Of a stretch of 64,000 bases of DNA, positions 61,996 to 64,000 are shown piece after piece (within the stretch, counting starts at the first letter, position 1; every line of letters begins with the position of its first letter). This stretch comes from Heteronotia binoei (lineage: Eukaryota), in contig NC_083232.1 in assembly GCF_032191835.1 (NCBI RefSeq), positions 52,824,001 through 52,888,000 on the forward strand, read 5' to 3'. A program made the translations under genes and the position numbers. The notes under the pieces are model-generated. The model did not search any database. It was not told the origin of the DNA and worked only from the letters and a program-made list of their open reading frames with translations.

Positions 61996-62589
61996 GTAAG
62001 TTTTTTCTTTCTTTCATCTTTCTGGAGGGGCAGTTGTTTGTGTGCAGGGAGTGTAATGGTCCTACTCTGTGTAACAAAAGGGAAAGTGCTGATAGTTTAA
62101 ATGACCAATTTGTTTCAAGATATATTCCTTTCAAATATTGTTGGTGATTACAAATAAATATTTGCATCTGGTTAAGAATATATAATGTTCTGAATGTCTT
62201 ATATGTTGAGTCAAAACTTTGGTCTATCAAGATCAGTATTGTTTACTCTGACTGGCAACTGCTCTCCAGGATCTGAGGTCTTTTACATTGCCTCCTGATT
62301 TAGTCTTTTAACTGGAAATGCCAGGGATTGCACCTGGGACCTTCTGGAGGCAAAACAGATGCTCCGCCACTGAACTACAGCACCCCTGATAAAATGTGGT
62401 GGTTACTTCTGTCCATTTTAGGGTGTCATTGATTACCCAAGCTGGCTTGGCTTGGAGAAGTGATTTAAAGAAACAAATGCTTTCTCCAAGCTGGCTGATA
62501 GGGCAGTGGGGGCTTCAAGAGCCACACAATATGTGTGAAAGAGCCACATGTGACTCCCGAGCCACAGTTTGGTCACCACTGTGTTTAAA

Positions 62590-64000
62590 ATAATTTATTA
62601 TATTGTAATAGCACATTATCATTTGTTATTAAAAATTAATACATATACATTACATTTTCTCCATCCCTCCCCTCTTTTGGTGACCCCCAGCAGTGCATTT
62701 TGTTAAAAAACTAATAAACTTTATCTATTAAATAATCTTACTTCATCAAAAAGAAAGAAGAAAGAAAAAACCATAGGTTATAATTGTAATCCATTTTCAT
62801 TGTAGTCCTTTAGTCATTAACAAAAAGGAAAAAAAATGAAAAAGATGTATTCTAATAATCACTTTTTTACTATAATCCATTTAAAGTTTCTTTAGAGATT
62901 AACCATTGTCAAAAATCGCCAAATACCCTTTAACGTTCCATTGTTTTTCAACATACTTTTGGAACTTTCCCCACTTATTTTTAAACTTCTCTAAATCTTG
63001 TTCTTTTAAGATTCTTGTAAGCTTGTCCATTTCACTCCAAAGCATAACTTTTAAAGTCCACTCCCACCTTTCTGGCATTTTGTCTTGTTTCCACATCTGC
63101 GCATATAATGTCTGTGCAGCTGAAAGCATATACCAAATTATCGTTCTATCTTGTTTTAAAAATGTTTCCATTTGTAATCCCAACAGAAAAATGTCTGGTG
63201 CCTTCTTAATATTATATCCCAAAATTTTTCGAAATCTCTTGCTGAATCATTTGCCAAAATTGTTTTGCCTTTCCACAAGTCCACCACATATGGTAGAAAG
63301 ATCCTTCTTGGTTTTTATATTTCCAACATCTATCCGACACCTGATTGTTCATTTTTGCCAATTTTTGAAGTGTCATGTACCACCTATATAACATCTTAAA
63401 GCAATTTTCCTTAATTTTATAACATGTAGATACTTTCATAGAGTTCTTTCATAATTGTTCCCATGACTCCATCTGTATTTCTTTATTTATATTTATCGCC
63501 CATTCTATCATTTGTGATTTAACTACTTCATTTTCCGTAGACCATTTCAATAATAGTTTATATATCTTTGAAATCAGCTTTTCATTTTCCCCAAACAGCA
63601 TTCTCTCCAGTTCTGTTTGTTCTTGTCTTATTCCATAGTTCTTAATGTTCTGTTCAAGCAAACTCTTTATTTGTTGCAATTTAAACCAATTATATTTATA
63701 CTGTACTTCCTCAGCCAATTTTAATTCCACCTTTCCTCCTTGAATTTTTAAAAGCTGTTTATATGATAACCACTATTCTTCTTTGATATCTGACTGCAGT
63801 TTTATTACTTCTGTTGGCACAATCCAAAGCGGTTTCCTCTCATCTCCATATCTTTTATATTTTGTCCAAGTATTTAACAGATTACTTCTTATATAATGAT
63901 GCGAGAAGAAGCCGTCCATCTTATTTTTCCCATAATACATAATACATGCCATCCAAAAACATTTCCATGACCTTCTAATGCTAGTAATTTTCTATTTAAT
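62590..64000 (-). mobile_element. L1-clade LINE, 3' part of ORF2 and 3' UTR (disrupted)
   Basis: Frameshifted ORFs with a lizard-L1 C-terminus (LYRWYMT..CWK..EGSFYHMWWTC..FW; LSAA..LYAQ.WK). Confidence 0.88.

Noticed and set aside
1-64000. tRNA/5S rRNA genes, CRISPR arrays or prokaryotic systems
   Set aside because: tRNA- and 5S-like segments are SINE heads with LINE-derived tails. The DNA is vertebrate, and no repeat-spacer arrays are present.

Overview
Vertebrate genomic DNA. The repeat content (Sauria SINEs, the long gecko-type Squam3 SINE, lizard L1/L2/CR1/RTE, hAT MITEs) suggests a squamate, probably a gecko. The + strand carries the last three coding exons of integrin beta-8 (ITGB8, 158-3137), about 40 kb of repeat-rich intergenic DNA, a CpG-rich candidate promoter/first exon (about 42700-43300), and 11 coding exons (422 codons, all splice phases consistent) of a P-glycoprotein that continues past the window. 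Synteny with ITGB8 and a diagnostic 2-aa insertion identify it as ABCB5. Most ORFs in the supplied track are spurious or TE-derived. The most notable observation is two separate non-autonomous hAT elements, each bounded by TIRs and an 8-bp TSD, that carry GC-rich pieces of unrelated host genes. 53084-54741 is a composite, multi-TIR element holding the first coding exon (with Kozak context and splice donor), upstream CpG island and part of intron 1 of CCDC50, antisense inside an ABCB5 intron. 41234-42004 holds a decayed C-terminal fragment of FOXQ1, about 0.7 kb upstream of the candidate ABCB5 promoter. Together they suggest a Pack-MULE-like (Pack-hAT) gene-capture system in this lineage. Also present: a very young RTE LINE with an open frame, a 12-bp TSD and a probable twin-priming 5' micro-inversion; a 118-bp inverted-repeat LTR-like element; degenerate Penelope-type hammerhead remnants; and a 5S-derived SINE. 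Gene and family names come from my recall of the sequences, not from database searches.
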